Below, piece by piece: positions 51,292 through 64,000 of a stretch of 64,000 nt of DNA (position 1 is its first letter; each line of letters starts with the position of its first letter). Origin of the DNA: Lama guanicoe (lineage: Eukaryota); the NCBI GenBank assembly GCA_013239625.1, contig MU054098.1, positions 1,985,104-2,049,103 on the forward strand. Reading direction: 5' to 3'. The notes beneath the pieces were generated by a model. It was given only the letters and a program-made list of their open reading frames with translations. It made no database searches and had not been told where the DNA came from. A program made the translations under genes and the position numbers.

Positions 51292-54200
51292 TACATGCAT
51301 TTCTTCTGGGACAAGGCTGCGAATATGATCCAAGTTGACAGCAAGAGAAATAGGAAGGAAGAATAAGAGAAGGCTGTCGGCTAGAGGGTCACTCTGGGGA
51401 CAGCAAATCATTGTTAATTAATTACAGAACTTTGAGACATTAGACAGGGATCCTCTAAGCTTACATGATGACCCACCAAGCTTTTTTGCCTTGGCTGTCT
51501 AAAGACTTAGAGGCTCTTGTCTAAATAGGAGAAAACAAAGACAAATTTCCAAAAGTGAAGACAACCAAGAAGTATCCGTTTCATAGGTAATGATTGAGAA
51601 CCACCACACTTCTGTGGCTTCATCAGGGACCACTGATTCCTGCAGTGGTGGATGGAGTGCAAGTATAAAAAAACTAGTGGTTACCAGTGGGGAGAAGAAA
51701 GGTGCTAGAGGAAAGACAGGGGATGAGATTAAGAAGTACAGACTACTATATATAAAACAAGCTACAAGGATATATTGTACAACAGGAGGATTATAGCCAA
51801 TAATTTATAATTACTATAAATGGAGTATAAACTTTAAAAATTGTGAATCACTGTGTTGTACACCTGTAACTAACTGTACATCAACTGTATCTCAGTAAAA
51901 AAGTAAAACAAAACAAAGAAAAAACAAATAGAAATAACAGAATAGTTAGACATTGACAAGGGAGAACCTTTTAGGGCAAACAGTTTCATCTTGAACAACC
52001 ACACAACTGAGATCCTGATGTTGAAACAGATGTTTAAAAAAGTATAACAGTCAAAAAATGTGGTAACTATTAGCATCCCTTCATGGGATAACATTTGAAG
52101 GCCACCATTCCTTTATGTGGGCCAGGACACTTAGAATAAGACTTTATGGCTTAAGTGGATAATGGAGTAAGAATACTGATTTTTGTGGGGCCACAAGGAA
52201 GAGGTTTACCAAAATTCTGGCTTCTAGTCAATAATAAAAAAAATCCAAATGCAGAGAGCCTCCTAGAAAGGCAAACTCCTTGTTTAGAGGTTCCATTGGC
52301 TAGACTTGAAGTTAGGGTTCAAAGGGAGCAGAATGCTCTGATTAAAACAATTGGGACTGCAGAGTGCACGGTCATCCATGAGGAAGTGTTTCGGTCTTCA
52401 TGAGGAAATCCCTCCAACGCATGATGCACACCAGTTCTAGCTAACTACGTGATACTATTCTCTGTTTTAAAGATAAGAAATCCAGCCCTTTGCCAAAAAG
52501 GGATGAAAACAGGGGAGTCTAACACATTGAGCCCTCCCAGTTCATAATTTAAATTGCAAGCCCCAAGAGTGCCTAGTCTGCCCCAAGGAAAGTCCCTTGG
52601 CCTGACCCAGGGGGTGCAGTGTGCTATGACCTAAAGATTAAAGAATAGGTAGACAATGGTGAGAAATTCTTTTGTTTCTGGGACCCACAGGGGTTCACCT
52701 TGGTGAAGGAAACAATAGATTTTTTTTAACAAAAGGAAACAAACATTTCAAAACTTAAAAAAAAAAACCGCAACAAAAGTGTAGATTGCAGGGAACACAC
52801 ATGAAGGTCACCACTCTCTTCATGTGATGCCAGGACCTAGAAGAGAAAACTTTATGACTTCAATGTCTTACATGGTGAGAGGCTTGAGGAGTCTCTCAGA
52901 GTATTGATTCCTGAGAGTATGTGGGAAGGAAGGGGGTAAATGAAATAAATTAGCCCAAAAGCTGGCAAACGTCAAGACACAGAAGGCTTCCTGGGAATGT
53001 CAGCTCCCTATTAGGAGGTTCATTGGCCAGACCCAAGGTCAGGGTGAGCAGCGGGCCCAGAATAGGCCGTTATTGGGGGGGAAGTTTCTTAACCTTTCTG
53101 ATCTGTCCTGAATGTTTGCTTTAGCGAAAGTGATGTGGTCATCTTTTATTAAAAGATAACAATAGCTTCCTCTCACTAAAAATGGAAACAAATAAAGTAA
53201 TAGAGCAAGAGCAAAACAAAAATGAAAACAAAAACAAAACAGACATGCACAAACACTGCTCACTACTAAAAGCTCACTAATTATGGGGGCTTCCACAATG
53301 AAAACTACCAAAGATGTTTTTATTTCTTAATATGTTTTGCTCATTTGTCTCTTGTGGCAGACCCGCCAATAGTTTGTTTTCAGTGATACAATGTTTTTAT
53401 TGAGGGCTTCCTTTATTCCCAAGGGGAAACATTGGAAAGCATTCCCTAGCCTTGCCCAAAGGAAGAAAACAAAATAAATGACAGAAGAGCTAGGGGGAAA
53501 ACCAGGAGCTTATACAGAGTGGTTCAATAAATTCTACCACTTGTATATGTTCTACATTTTTTATACTTTGTTGTATATATTAAATGATCAATTTTGATAG
53601 AAATTACTTAGAATAAGAAAAAAGCACCTGGAGACTGGACATGTGGAAATCCCACAAAGGAAAAATCAGGTTATATTCATCAAAGATCAGCTGCCTTTTT
53701 GGGAAACGTAAGAAAAGCTGATGTAAGCCTCAGTTATAGGTACTGTCCATCTGTGAGTCAAAAATTTGATTGTCATCTCTTATTCTGGACTAAAATGGAA
53801 GCTCTGAAGGGGCAGCTGTTGCTTTGTGTAACAACCCACATTTTAATGATTTCTAGCCAAGCTCAGACCAGATGACCTTCAGGACAATTGGCCCATTAAT
53901 CAGCAGGATGCCTCATGATTATTTGATGTCATTCAGCTCTCTATTTTCACACAAAACTCTATTATTAGCCTTATTTCTATCAAAGAGCCAAAGGCAAAAA
54001 GCCAGCTATGATCAACCTGAATATTTGCATTTACAGGAAGATGCTGTTCTGCAAATGATGGAAGTCAGTGAGAACTGAAGCTGGCTGTGGTATGGGAGAT
54101 AAAAGTGGAAGTGAATGTCACTGGAAGACTGATAGCTGCAGCAGCTGGTTTTCTTGCCACTGCCCTGGCTTGTAAGGGGCCTTCCCTATAGGCAGTGCTC

Positions 54201-54914
54201 TTAGAGATTACTTTGAAGGGTCCCACCAGATATAGGGCCCAAGAGCAGCCTTGAAAGCCAAGCAATCAGATATGGGCAATAAGGTTCACTCTGAAAGCAG
54301 GGTGTTATATTAGTTCAAAGGACCCGAGTTTCAGAAAAGTTGATTACAGATCCAGCAAGAATCCTCATTTTATGCTTTTCATTTTCCCTCACAGAAAAGA
54401 CTTCAAAGGCCTCCATCAGCCTTGACTGCAGCCAACTCTGGATTTTAAGGTCACAGAGCACTCTTGGCAAAAGATGAGATGAAGGAGGCTCAAAGGGTTG
54501 AGAGTCCTTTAAGTTCCATTCTATTTTAGTGGTAAGCAATGTCAGAGACCCCTAGAAAAGGGAGTTGAGTTGTTGAAGCACCATCTCATTGGTCAGAGGT
54601 GGTTACAAAGGAGCAGTGGGAAGTTTTAAAGAAATGGCTTCATGAATACACAGGCAAAACTCTGATAATCTACAAACCTCCTTCTCTGAGGGGGCAAGCC
54701 AGACCCCTGGAAGACTATAGAACTTACCTGCTCTTTAACCCACTAATTTATGGGAAAATTAGTAAAATATCTTAGTAGTACACACCTAACTTTGAGAAGA
54801 AACTCAAGTCTCTCACTCCATAAGAGGATGCCTGAAGGGAGACAGTGCAATGTGGGGGACTAAAAGTAAGGGCTCTGATGCAAATGGTAAGCAAAAGAGA
54901 GCATTTTACAAGAA

Positions 54915-57900
54915 CCAAAGCAATAAACAGATTCAATACAATCCTTATCAAAATCTCCATAGCAATTTGCAGAAAAGGAGTCAAAGGAGTTTATTATATA
55001 CTATAGTTATCAACCCCTTATCAGATATATGATTTGCAAATAATTTCTCCCATTCCATAGGTTGCCTTTTCACTCTGTTGGTTGTGTCCTTTGGTGTACA
55101 AAAGTTGTTAAGTTTGATGTAGTCCCATTTGTCTATTTGTTTTGCAGAAAAAAAAATCCTAAAATTCATATGGAATTTCAAAGGATCTCAAATAGCAAAA
55201 CAATTTTGAAAGAGAAGAACAGAGGAGACCTCACACTTCCTGATTTTGAAACATATTACAAAGCCACAGCAATCAAAACAGTGTGTTACTGACATAATGA
55301 GAGGCATAGAGACAGGTGGAATAGAGCCTAGAAATAAATTCTCATGTGTATGGTGAAATAATCTTTGGCAAGGGTACCAAGACCACTCAATGGGGAAAGA
55401 ATAGTTTCTTCAACAAACTGCATTTGGAAAACTGAGTATCTACATGAAAAAGAATGAAGTTGTACACTTATGCTATAGATGAAAATTAATTAAAAATGGA
55501 TTAAATACAAAAATATAAGACCCCAAACTATAAAGCTTCTAGAATAAAACATAAATGAAAATCTTCATGACTTTGGATTTGCCAGTGATTTCTTAGATAT
55601 GACACTAAGAGCAAAAATAGTCAAATGGGACTACATGAAACTTAACAAATTTTGTACATCAAAGGACACAACCAAGACAGAGTGAAAAGGCAACCAATAG
55701 AATGGGAGAAAATATTTGCAAATCATATGTCTGATAAGGTGTTAATATACATAATATGTAATTAACTCTTACAACTCAAAAACAAAAAAATCAGATAACC
55801 CAATTTAAAAAATGGGCAAAAGTCCTGAATAGACTACTCCTCCAGTTATGATATACAAATAGTGAACGAGCATATAAAAAGATGCTCAACATTTCTAATT
55901 ATCAGAGAGATGCAAATCAAAATCACAATGAGCTATTACCTCACACTTATTGATGTCTGCTATTTTTTAAAAAACCCAGAAAATCTTTATTGGCAAAGAT
56001 GTGGAGAAATCTGAACTCTGTGCACTGTTAGTGGAGTTATAAAATATTATGACCACTATAAAAACATTATGGAGCCTCCTGAAAAAATTAAAAATAGAAC
56101 TACTATATGATTTAACAATCTTACTTCTGAGTATATATCCTAAAGGACTGAAAGCAGGGTCTTGAAGAGATATTTTCACACATCTGTTCATAGCACTATT
56201 CACAATAGCTAGGAGGTGCAAGTAAGCCAAACATCCATCAACAGATAAGTGAATAAACAAAATGTGGTATATACATTGCTATAGACAGAATGTGTCCCCA
56301 CAAAATTCTTATGTTAAATCCTACCTCCCAATGTGATGGTGTTTGGAGGTGGAGGCTTTGGGAGGTTTCACCCTTATGAATAAGATTATTGCCCTTATAT
56401 AAGAGATTCTAGGTGAGGGTATAGCTTAGGATTAGAGTGCATGCCTAGCATGCACAAGGTCCCAGGTTCAATCCCCAGCACTTCCATTAAAATAAATAAA
56501 TAAATAAATACCTAATTACCTCCTCCCCAAATTTTTTAAAAAATAGTAAAAAATTTTTTTAAAAAGAAGCTCTAAGGAGTTTCCTTTTCCCTTCTGCCAT
56601 GTAAAGACACAGCAAGAAGATGGCCATCTATGAACCAGGAAGCGAGCCCTCACCAGAGACTAACTCTACTGGCACCTTGATGTTGGACTTTCCAGTCTCC
56701 AGAACTGTGAGAAATAAATTTCTGTTGTTCAAGCCACCCAGTCTATAGTATTTTGTTAGAGCAGCCTTAACAGATTAAGACATACATACAGTGGAATATT
56801 ATTCAGCCTTTTTAAAAAGGAAGGAAATCCCAGCTTTAGAACAAATGTTAAAGGGACTTCTCTAATCATCAAACCATAAGAAAAGAGAACAAAAAGAAGA
56901 AAGAGAGAAAAAAAAAAGACCTACAAAAGATTGCTTTGGCAGTTCGGGGTCTTTTATGGTTCCATATAAATTTTGGAATTGTTTGTTCTAGTTCCTTGAA
57001 AAATGTTGTGAGTACTCTGACAGGGGTTGCATTGGATCTGTAGATTGCTTTGGGTAGTACAGCCATGCTGATAATGTTGATTCTTCCAATCCAAGCGCAT
57101 AAGGTATCTTTCCATTTCTTTGTATATCTTCAATTTCCTTCATCAATGTTTTACAGTTTTCAGAGTGTAGGTAACTTCCTTGGTTAAATTTATTTCTAGG
57201 TATTTTGTTCTTTTTGATGCAATGGAAATGTTTACGCCAGTTATAAAATTCTGATTTTTGAAGTGGAAAAAAAGTGAATGAAGGGCTGCAAATGGCAATA
57301 TCCTTCTTTCTTATGGGTGAGGTGTATTCCATTACGTGTATATGCTGCATCTTCTTTATCCATTCATCTGTTGATGTGCACTTACGATGCTTCCATGTCT
57401 TGGCAATTAAAAATAATGTTGCTGTTAATAGCGGGGTATATGTATCTTTTTGAATTAATTCTTATTTTGTGGTTGGCTTTATTTCTTTGATAACTATGTA
57501 AGTTTAAAAGCTAAGGCTCTAAATGTTCTTGGAAACAATGAACAGTACGTATATGTAAATTTTATAAATATGTGCAATATATTGTGTATATGTATTTACA
57601 TTTAATACATTGTATATGTGCAGTCAAATTGTAACAATTCTACCTAATAAAACTGAAAAATGAAAAAAAATTAAATTTTAAAAAGGAAGGAAATCCTGTC
57701 ACATGCTACAACATGAATGAACCTTGAAGACAGTACACTTAGTGAATGAAATAAGCCAGTCACAAAAAAAGACACACTGTAGAAATACACCTATATGAGG
57801 TATCTAAACTGGTCAAGTTTACAGAAACTGAAAATAGAGTGATGATTAATAGGGGCTCAGAGGAAGAGTAAGGGAAGTTTTTGTTTAATTGGTGTAGAGC

Positions 57901-58030
57901 TTCAATTTTGCAAGAGGAAAAAAGTTCTGGAGATCTTTTGCACAACAATGTGAATAAACTTAACACTTAAACTGTATACCTAAAATGATTAAGATGGAAA
58001 TTTTTATTTATGTGGATTTTTTTACCATCA
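54915..58030. mobile_element. Composite L1 block (mostly + strand ORF2/3'UTR, with antisense pieces) holding a MaLR LTR (about 56277-56780) that contains a Vic-1-like SINE (about 56411-56565)
   Basis: ORF2 motifs [29 protein letters not shown] and [20 protein letters not shown]1 text; SINE head gggtatagcttaggattagagtgcatgcctagcatgcacaaggtcccaggttcaatcccc. Confidence 0.85.
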
Positions 58031-58044
58031 TTAAACAACAAACT

Positions 58045-58895
58045 TTAAAAAGTCAAGGTCTCTGAGATCCGACTGACTGGAAGTAGACATCGGCTTTCGT
58101 ATTTTTACAAACTGAGATCTAGGGCAAGCTGGTCACAGCTATGTTCCAGTACTTCCGATTATAGAAAAGAGGTTAACGTAGTACCTATTACACAAGGTTG
58201 CTGTCAAGATCAAATGAGACACCCTATGTAAAAGCACTTACCACAGCGCTTACTAGATAAGAAGTGCTTAATATTAGCAATGATTGCTAGCTAAGGACTC
58301 CTCTAGGCTACCGTTCTAAAGTAAAGGTTTTTATATGACGAGGGAAACAAAGCCTGCACGCACTCTGATGACCGACATACTTTTCCTCTCGTTTCTCACA
58401 GACCTTAGGTGGGTCGGAGAAGCAGCCTCATGAAGGTGTACAGACAGTTTCTGGTACTCTGCCTATCTCCTCTAAGGCAGCTAGCTACATCCCTGGTTGA
58501 CCAAAGCTGTGTTTAGTTTATCCTGTTAAATTTACCAGAGAAGGAATAAAAGGTGTTACAAGCATACCCCTAACTTCTAGAAGGATCTTAGTGCTCCCTC
58601 TTCTAACTCCACAAAGAGGAGCACTCCTGGGGGATCGGAGGAGACCAGGTAGTATGATTATGGAGCTTAAGGGCAAGTTTAGATGGACAGAACCTGAGTA
58701 CGCCTTCTTATCTATGAAATCTTAGGCAAGGTTTTGACCCAGCCATGCCTCAGTTTCCTCCGTTGTTAAATTGGGGATACAAATGTGTAAAATCCTCACT
58801 GGATTATTGTGTGGACCAAATGAGATAACCTATGCAAACATACCTAGCAAAACGCCTGGCGCAGAGTAAGCACTGAATAAACGGGAGCTGTTAAC
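58045..58895 (+). mobile_element. Two MIR fragments (about 58045-58285 and 58700-58895)
   Basis: gcctcagtttcctccgttgttaaattgggg...aaatgagataacctatgcaaac...gcctggcgcagagtaagcactgaataaa. Confidence 0.75.
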
Positions 58896-59340
58896 GTTAG
58901 CCGAGGTGAGCCTTGAGCCACAGTTCCAGATAGAAGAGCTTTTGACATTAGGTAGTTGGAACCATGAAACTTGCGTGTGCTTGGAACAAGCATGTTGTAT
59001 CCTCTCTCTGTTGCTCCCTTGATGGGACTGAGGTCTCTGGAGTGTTTAGTGGGGGAGGAAGGAAGCTCCCACCCTGAACAGGAGGACTAGGGAGGGAAAC
59101 TGGGCTCCCTCTGCTCTACATGCAGGGGGAAGTATTCTCTTTCCCCAGGTTGTTAGCGGCTTCTCCGTTCTTTGACCTTCCTTAGAAGCATTGGGCCTGG
59201 CACTAAGAGGCCAAGGAGTCTGCTTAGCATCCGTTTAGCGTTGTAAGCGTTATCTCTGCATGGAGCCTTAGGAGGATGGTATACTCAGGCAATTTCTATC
59301 TCTGCCCCTTCTACCACTTTCCCTCACGGTTTTCCTATGA
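58285..59340 (+). pseudogene. Collagen-like relic segment, split by a MIR
   Basis: PHE GVQ TVS GTL; E GIK GVT SIP; GDR RRP G; SR GEP; GLR SLE CLV GEE GSS; GTK RPR; SLH GAL GGW. Confidence 0.75.
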
Positions 59341-59354
59341 CATTAGCCTGCTTT

Positions 59355-60440
59355 TTGTGATTACAGCTTTATTGAGATATGTCACATACCATTTAACTCA
59401 CCCATTTAAAATGGTTTTCAGTATAACCACAAAGTTGTGAAACCTTCATCGTTATCTAGTTTTGGAATATTGTAATCATTCCTAAAAGAAAAACTAACTT
59501 TTGAGAAATCACTCCTCCAACCCCTCTCCCCCAGCCCCTAGCAAACACTAGTCTTCCTTCTTTCTATATAAATTTGCCTATTCTGGACATTTCATACAAA
59601 TGAAATCATATGATATCTGATCTTTTGTGTCTGGCTTATTTTATTTAGCATAATGTCTTCAAGGTTCATCCATGTGTCAGAATTTCATTCCTTTTATAGA
59701 TGATTAAAATTCCATTGTATATCTATACCACAATTTGTTTATCTGTTCAACAGTTGATGGATATTTGGGTTGTTTAAACATTTTGGCAATTATGAAAAGT
59801 GCTGCTGTGAATATTCATGCACAGTTTTTAAAAACACCTGTTTTTAAGTGGTTTAATTTTTTTGGCATATAGGTAGGAGTAGAATTGTTGGATCTTATGG
59901 TAACTCTATGTTTAACTTTTTTTTGAGAAATTGCCAAGCTGTTTTCCACAGCAGCTGCATGATTTTACATTCACGTCAACTTATTGGTAATTTACACATC
60001 TTTAGAGAAATATCTACTCAAGTCTTTTGCCCATTTTAAAACTGAGTTGTTTGTCCTTTTTTGTTGAATTGTAAGTGTTCTTTATATATTCTGATTACTA
60101 GGGCCTTATCATATATATGATTTGCAAACATTTCCCTCCATTCTGTGGGTTGTCTTCTTACTATCTTGATGGTATCCTTTGATGCAAAAAAGTTTTTAAT
60201 TTTGATAAAGTCTAGTTGATCTATTTTTTCTTCTGCTGTTTGTGCTTTTGGTGTCATATCTAAAACACATTGCAAAATCCAAGGTCATGAAGATTTATGT
60301 TTAAGTATTAGCTATAAATTTTATAGTTATAGCTCTTATATTTAGATATTTGATCCATTTTAGGTTCATTTTTGTTTGTGGTGCAAAGTGAAGTAGAGGT
60401 TTAGTTTCTCTCTTTTGCATGTGAACATCCAGTTGTTCTT
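59355..60440 (-). mobile_element. L1 (L1MB-like) 3' portion
   Basis: ORF 60036..60275 LDMTPKAQ..KIDQLDFIKIKNF..RRQPTEW. Confidence 0.88.
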
Positions 60441-60444
60441 AACC

Positions 60445-60860
60445 TGCTTTTAGTTCTTTAAATACTTCGAGCATTTTTATGACTCCAGGCCTCTTAATTT
60501 TCTGTTGCCACTGCCTCTGCTTTTCCTCTGAGGAAGCTTCTTACCTTGGCTCCTTGCAAGCCTGGCTTCTTCTGATCTTTTAAGCCTCATGTCAAATATC
60601 ACCTCAGAGCCTCTCCCAACAACTTCAGCTAATCTGAAGTGGCCCTTATTCCCACTCTAACACCCTATCTTATGACAAAATTTTGTTTTTGTTTTAGACC
60701 CTAAACACTCTGTTTCATTCATTGTTTGTTTGGTTTTTTGCCTTTCTTCCTCACTAGAATGTGAGCGCAGTGAGAGCAAGGGCCTCTGTCTGATAGTTTA
60801 TCACTGTATTGCCAGTGCCTGATACATAACAGGTGGACAACAACTCATTGTAGAATGAAC
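60445..60860 (+). mobile_element. L2 3' fragment
   Basis: cactagaatgtgagcgcagtgagagcaagggcctctgtctg...cactgtattgccagtgcctgatacat...tgtagaatgaa. Confidence 0.75.
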
Positions 60861-63800
60861 AGAGTGGGCCCATCAGTCGTATAGCACCGACGACAATGTC
60901 CTCCAAATCATTTTGGAACTTAACAAATGATCTATTCCCACTGTGTATGAGGATGATTTTTAATTTTCTGAAATCTTTCCCTAGATAGGAAAATTAAGTT
61001 CTAGGAAGAGTATAAGTGACTCCTCAAGGTCAAATAGAGAGTCTTTGATTTGTGGAGTGATTCCCACAGCATTAATTTAGTTTGTGGTATCCCACAAGAG
61101 TAAAGGAGAAAGCACAGGAGACTGTTCAAGGCTAAATCCAAGGTGCTCTAACCCGCTTTCAGCCTCTCTGCCTTTGTTCGAAATTTCTCTAAATTCAAGA
61201 AAGAAAACTAGGTGGTACCAGAGTTTATGGCTCTTTGCCAAGCACAGCCAGCATCAGCTACTGAGTGGCCTCTTAAAACTCATTAAAAATGAATGAGACT
61301 TGTTAAATAAGCTGGAAATACTGATGCATTTCTGAGTGAGATTAGTTTCTCACAGCTCATCCTTGGTTACCTCCGGACAATGGTTGGTCGATAAAGCACT
61401 TAAACACTGAAGGATTTTTAACCACTCTGTTCGCCTCAACCTGCACATCCCCACATCCTTCCTGAGCCAGTTCTTGTTCTTGAGAGGTCGTGGTGTGTGG
61501 GAGAGAGGATGGCAGAGGAAGACGGAGTAATTTTTGTCTCCTAAATGTGTTCTTTTCTCTTACCCATCCTTTAAATGTGAATGTCTATCAGGGTTATTCA
61601 TATCCTTAGCCCTCATGTTTGACAAACACATTGGGTCCAGTAGTCTACTCCTAGGGCTTGTGTCTTCCACAATTGAACCTTCAGCTCAGAACATTCCTCT
61701 GAGTTCCAGACCCATGTAACTATCTATTTACTAGATATAAGAATGTTCCAGAGATGCTTCTAACCTAATACCCAAGCCAAACTCAATGATTTACTGCACT
61801 TCACTGTCCATCACCAAAGAGAAGGGGTGTGGGGAGGTCACACTGCAATCTGTCTTTGTCCTTATCTAAATGAAGGATAGGTCCATGCACCCAGTGTCTC
61901 AGAGCAGAAATGTAGGGTTCATGCCATAGTTCTTTCTTTCCCTCATACTCCTTTTGGCCTCTGTTGCCATGCAACCTGTCTTCTGTCACCAAGTCTTTTT
62001 CTGAATCCATCACCTAAAAGTTCTGTGGCTTTAGGAAAATCATTTAACTTTTCTAAGCCTCAGTTTTCTGCCCTGAAAATGGAGGTAATGTCTACTTCAT
62101 AAGGCTGTTGTGAGGATCAACTTTACTATTCAGTTACTAGGTTAAGAAGCAAGTTCTGCTTGCAAAGATTAGGCAATGTTTGCCTCAAATTCCCAGCAAA
62201 TATCCATGGTGACAACCTCGTAGGCAGGTCTTCTAGATAGAAGCCATTTTAGAATCACAGATGTGCCTATGATAGCCCCAGAAAACAGAATTACATCTCA
62301 GAAAGAGAATGAACAAAGTTTCTCTGGCTGCCAATTGTATTTTACCCACAGCTGCCAAGAAAACATGGTATGTACTGCAGATCACTAAGCAAATGGCCAA
62401 ATATGTCCTGTGGTGGTCTTGCCCCAACACCCAAGTACTCACCCAGAGAACAAAGCTGAGGTTCAGAGAGCAGGGCCTTTCTTATTGTGTGGTCCTTGCT
62501 TCCTGCAGCTGTTGCTTCATGGGATTTTGTGGGCAAGTAGTCTGGCTCATAGCATTGTCTTCACTGGCCAACCACTAACCCTATCAGATTACCCTGTGGA
62601 AAGGGCTGCCATATATTTCTTGAGCTCTCCATCTCATTTCCTGAGCATTTTTTATTATCCTGTAACCCTCACGTTTCCTTCAGCCCCTAAGCCAGTACTG
62701 GAATGGCAGGTGGCACATCCATCCTTTCAGCTCTTTTAATGTCCTCTGTAGTGTGGTTACCCACGTCTTTTGGAGCAGCATCACTGGCTGGCTACACCAT
62801 TTATCAAAGCCAGGAAAGTGTAGTAATGTTGTAATAACCAATCGGATGCCCAGAAACCAATCTTTGTGAGTCAGGTCCCCAAACTGACAAAGCTCCGTGA
62901 CTTGCTTCAGGAATCAGAGGCAAGGATAATAAGGATTTCTTGATTCTGGAATGCTGCTTCTCTTGTTTCATTGAAACTCCTATAACCTGGTTCGATTATC
63001 CTCTAGGAAATGAATCAGGGTGGTTTAGAAAATCAGTTATGCTACCAGAGGCCACTCTCCCCCATGGTTTGGCTGACCGTGAAGACAGGAGTGTTAGTGC
63101 TAAAAGGGCTTCGAGAGAAATTGATGGCTTTGTGGTGAGAGGCGAGATAGCGCAGAATACCCGAGGAAGTACTGGGAGGAGACTACGTGCTCCCTCAGCT
63201 GTGTGAACCGCCGTTTAGGACACTGCCCTAGGAATGGAATTCCAGTCAAATTTTGATTAACTGGAGCATGAGAGAGTGGATCTTCTGTTCCTAGGCATAT
63301 CTATCTCGTAATTAGACAGCATTGGGTTACCTCGAATGCAGGTGCCGAAAGAGAAATGAAAAATGAAGTTTGGTGATTGTAAATGCAAGATGATCAGTGA
63401 GAGAAGAAGAAAGTTTTGAGGAAGACCAGGGGCCTGGAAATGCTAATATTACAAATTTTTATGTTTTACAAGAAGATAGCTTTCAAATATGAATCAGTTA
63501 ATCCTTTAGACCAGGCAGTGTCTTCCCAGGGCTCTAAGCTGACCAGACCACAAAACCTGGTCAAAGGTCAAAGACTGGTGAGGTTAATGACTCAGACTAG
63601 GTCAAGGGATCCTAATTGATAAAGTAGTAAACCTCAGGCCTAAATAGTAAACCTCAGTTTACCACTAACAAATCTGTGAACGATAGTAACTTGGAAACCC
63701 TGAGATAAAAATAGGAATTGATGGCCACTGTTTCCTCATAGCTGCTCCTGTTTTCATAGAGGTATGGATGAAGTTGTGCAGTCTTAGGAGCCTAGAGACT

Positions 63801-64000
63801 GGAGACCAGACACAGCAGCAGACTAAGGTTTATTACCCCATTTTGCCACAGTGACCTATGTTTGCAGTCTATTTTTTCTTTCTGGTGCTACACTGAGCTC
63901 ATGGAAGTCCTGCCCATAGCCTACCACAGTACTTAAAAGGAAATCCTATGAATCCCTCCATGATCTGCCTTCCGCTTCCCTCTCCAGCCTTACCTGGTAC
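60860..64000 (+). pseudogene. Collagen-like relic segment running off the window end
   Basis: GPS..CPP NHF GT*; KSK GES. ORF 62410 gives QRA GPF..LLH GIL..VFT GQP; ORF 62940 gives LPH GLA..VVR GEI..NTR GST GRR; ORF 63416 gives KTR GLE..SSQ GSK..LVK GQR. The last codons read YLK GNP..ALP G. Confidence 0.75.

Larger units (their letters stand above)
44686..54915 (+). pseudogene. Collagen-like relic with repeated collagen + Lys-rich linker modules, split by L1/SINE insertions
   Basis: GSP..GFP FYL GHT; PLK GEM QVV GPV GAE; GQV GLL VRR; GIH RRS GPR..QAR DVK GSE..GLP SEM VLK; GPQ GR GLP; CQK GMK; VMP GPR REN; DM GNK VHS ESR..FK GPE; LI GQR WLQ RSS GKF; LK GDS. Confidence 0.78.
810..64000 (+). pseudogene. 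Giant decayed collagen-like (Gly-X-Y) coding relic, fragmented by TEs; overall extent (open at the right edge, probably also at the left)
   Basis: Canonical collagen triplet strings recur in nearly every non-TE interval, always on the + strand: DPGIRGLQ 4649-4672, LKGED 8073-8087, GLKG from 15391, GPPGLR 18025-18042, LPGQPGSP 18572-18595, GAASPYGNPGAT 19285-19320, GVPGSLESSGHL 26955-26990, ALSGPRALKGRP 28203-28238, MTGPLDSREEP 35613-35645, LKGEMQVVGPVGAEPGHR 44956-45009, GLRSLECLVGEEGSS 59025-59069, VRGEIAQNTRGSTGRR 63135-63182. Non-Gly residues at the Gly position are often one base from GGN. In-frame stops and frameshifts are common. Confidence 0.82.

Noticed and set aside
23621..58402. Individual splice-site calls for the collagen relic (candidate acceptors near 23622, 24030, 27887, 39111, 44685, 58401)
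   Set aside because: Collagen-like text often continues upstream of these AGs, so the exon structure cannot be fixed by eye; not reported as features.

Overview
Mammalian genomic DNA, probably camelid: there are three copies of a tRNA-Ala-derived, Vic-1-like SINE. I see no intact protein-coding gene, RNA gene or CRISPR array. Roughly half the window is transposable-element debris: MIR, L2, old and young L1 fragments, MaLR LTRs, a MER58-like element and a full-length Tigger1 with two nested L1s. The main observation is that almost all of the non-TE sequence, from about 0.8 kb to the right edge, reads on the + strand as a heavily decayed collagen-type (Gly-X-Y)n coding sequence. Examples are GPPGLR, LKGEMQVVGPVGAEPGHR, GNPGAT, DPGIRGLQ, LPGQPGSP and GVPGSLESSGHL. 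It contains stops and frameshifts, and TEs are inserted directly into it. By eye this totals roughly 20-28 kb of collagen-derived sequence, far more than any collagen triple helix I know in living mammals. It is either the fossil of a giant, nearly intron-free collagen-like gene or a same-strand cluster of such genes, and it probably extends beyond both ends. It carries internal repeated modules with Lys-rich linkers and a degenerate ~103-bp dimeric tandem array split by the Tigger1. All translations and repeat assignments were made by eye; boundaries are approximate and no database search was run.
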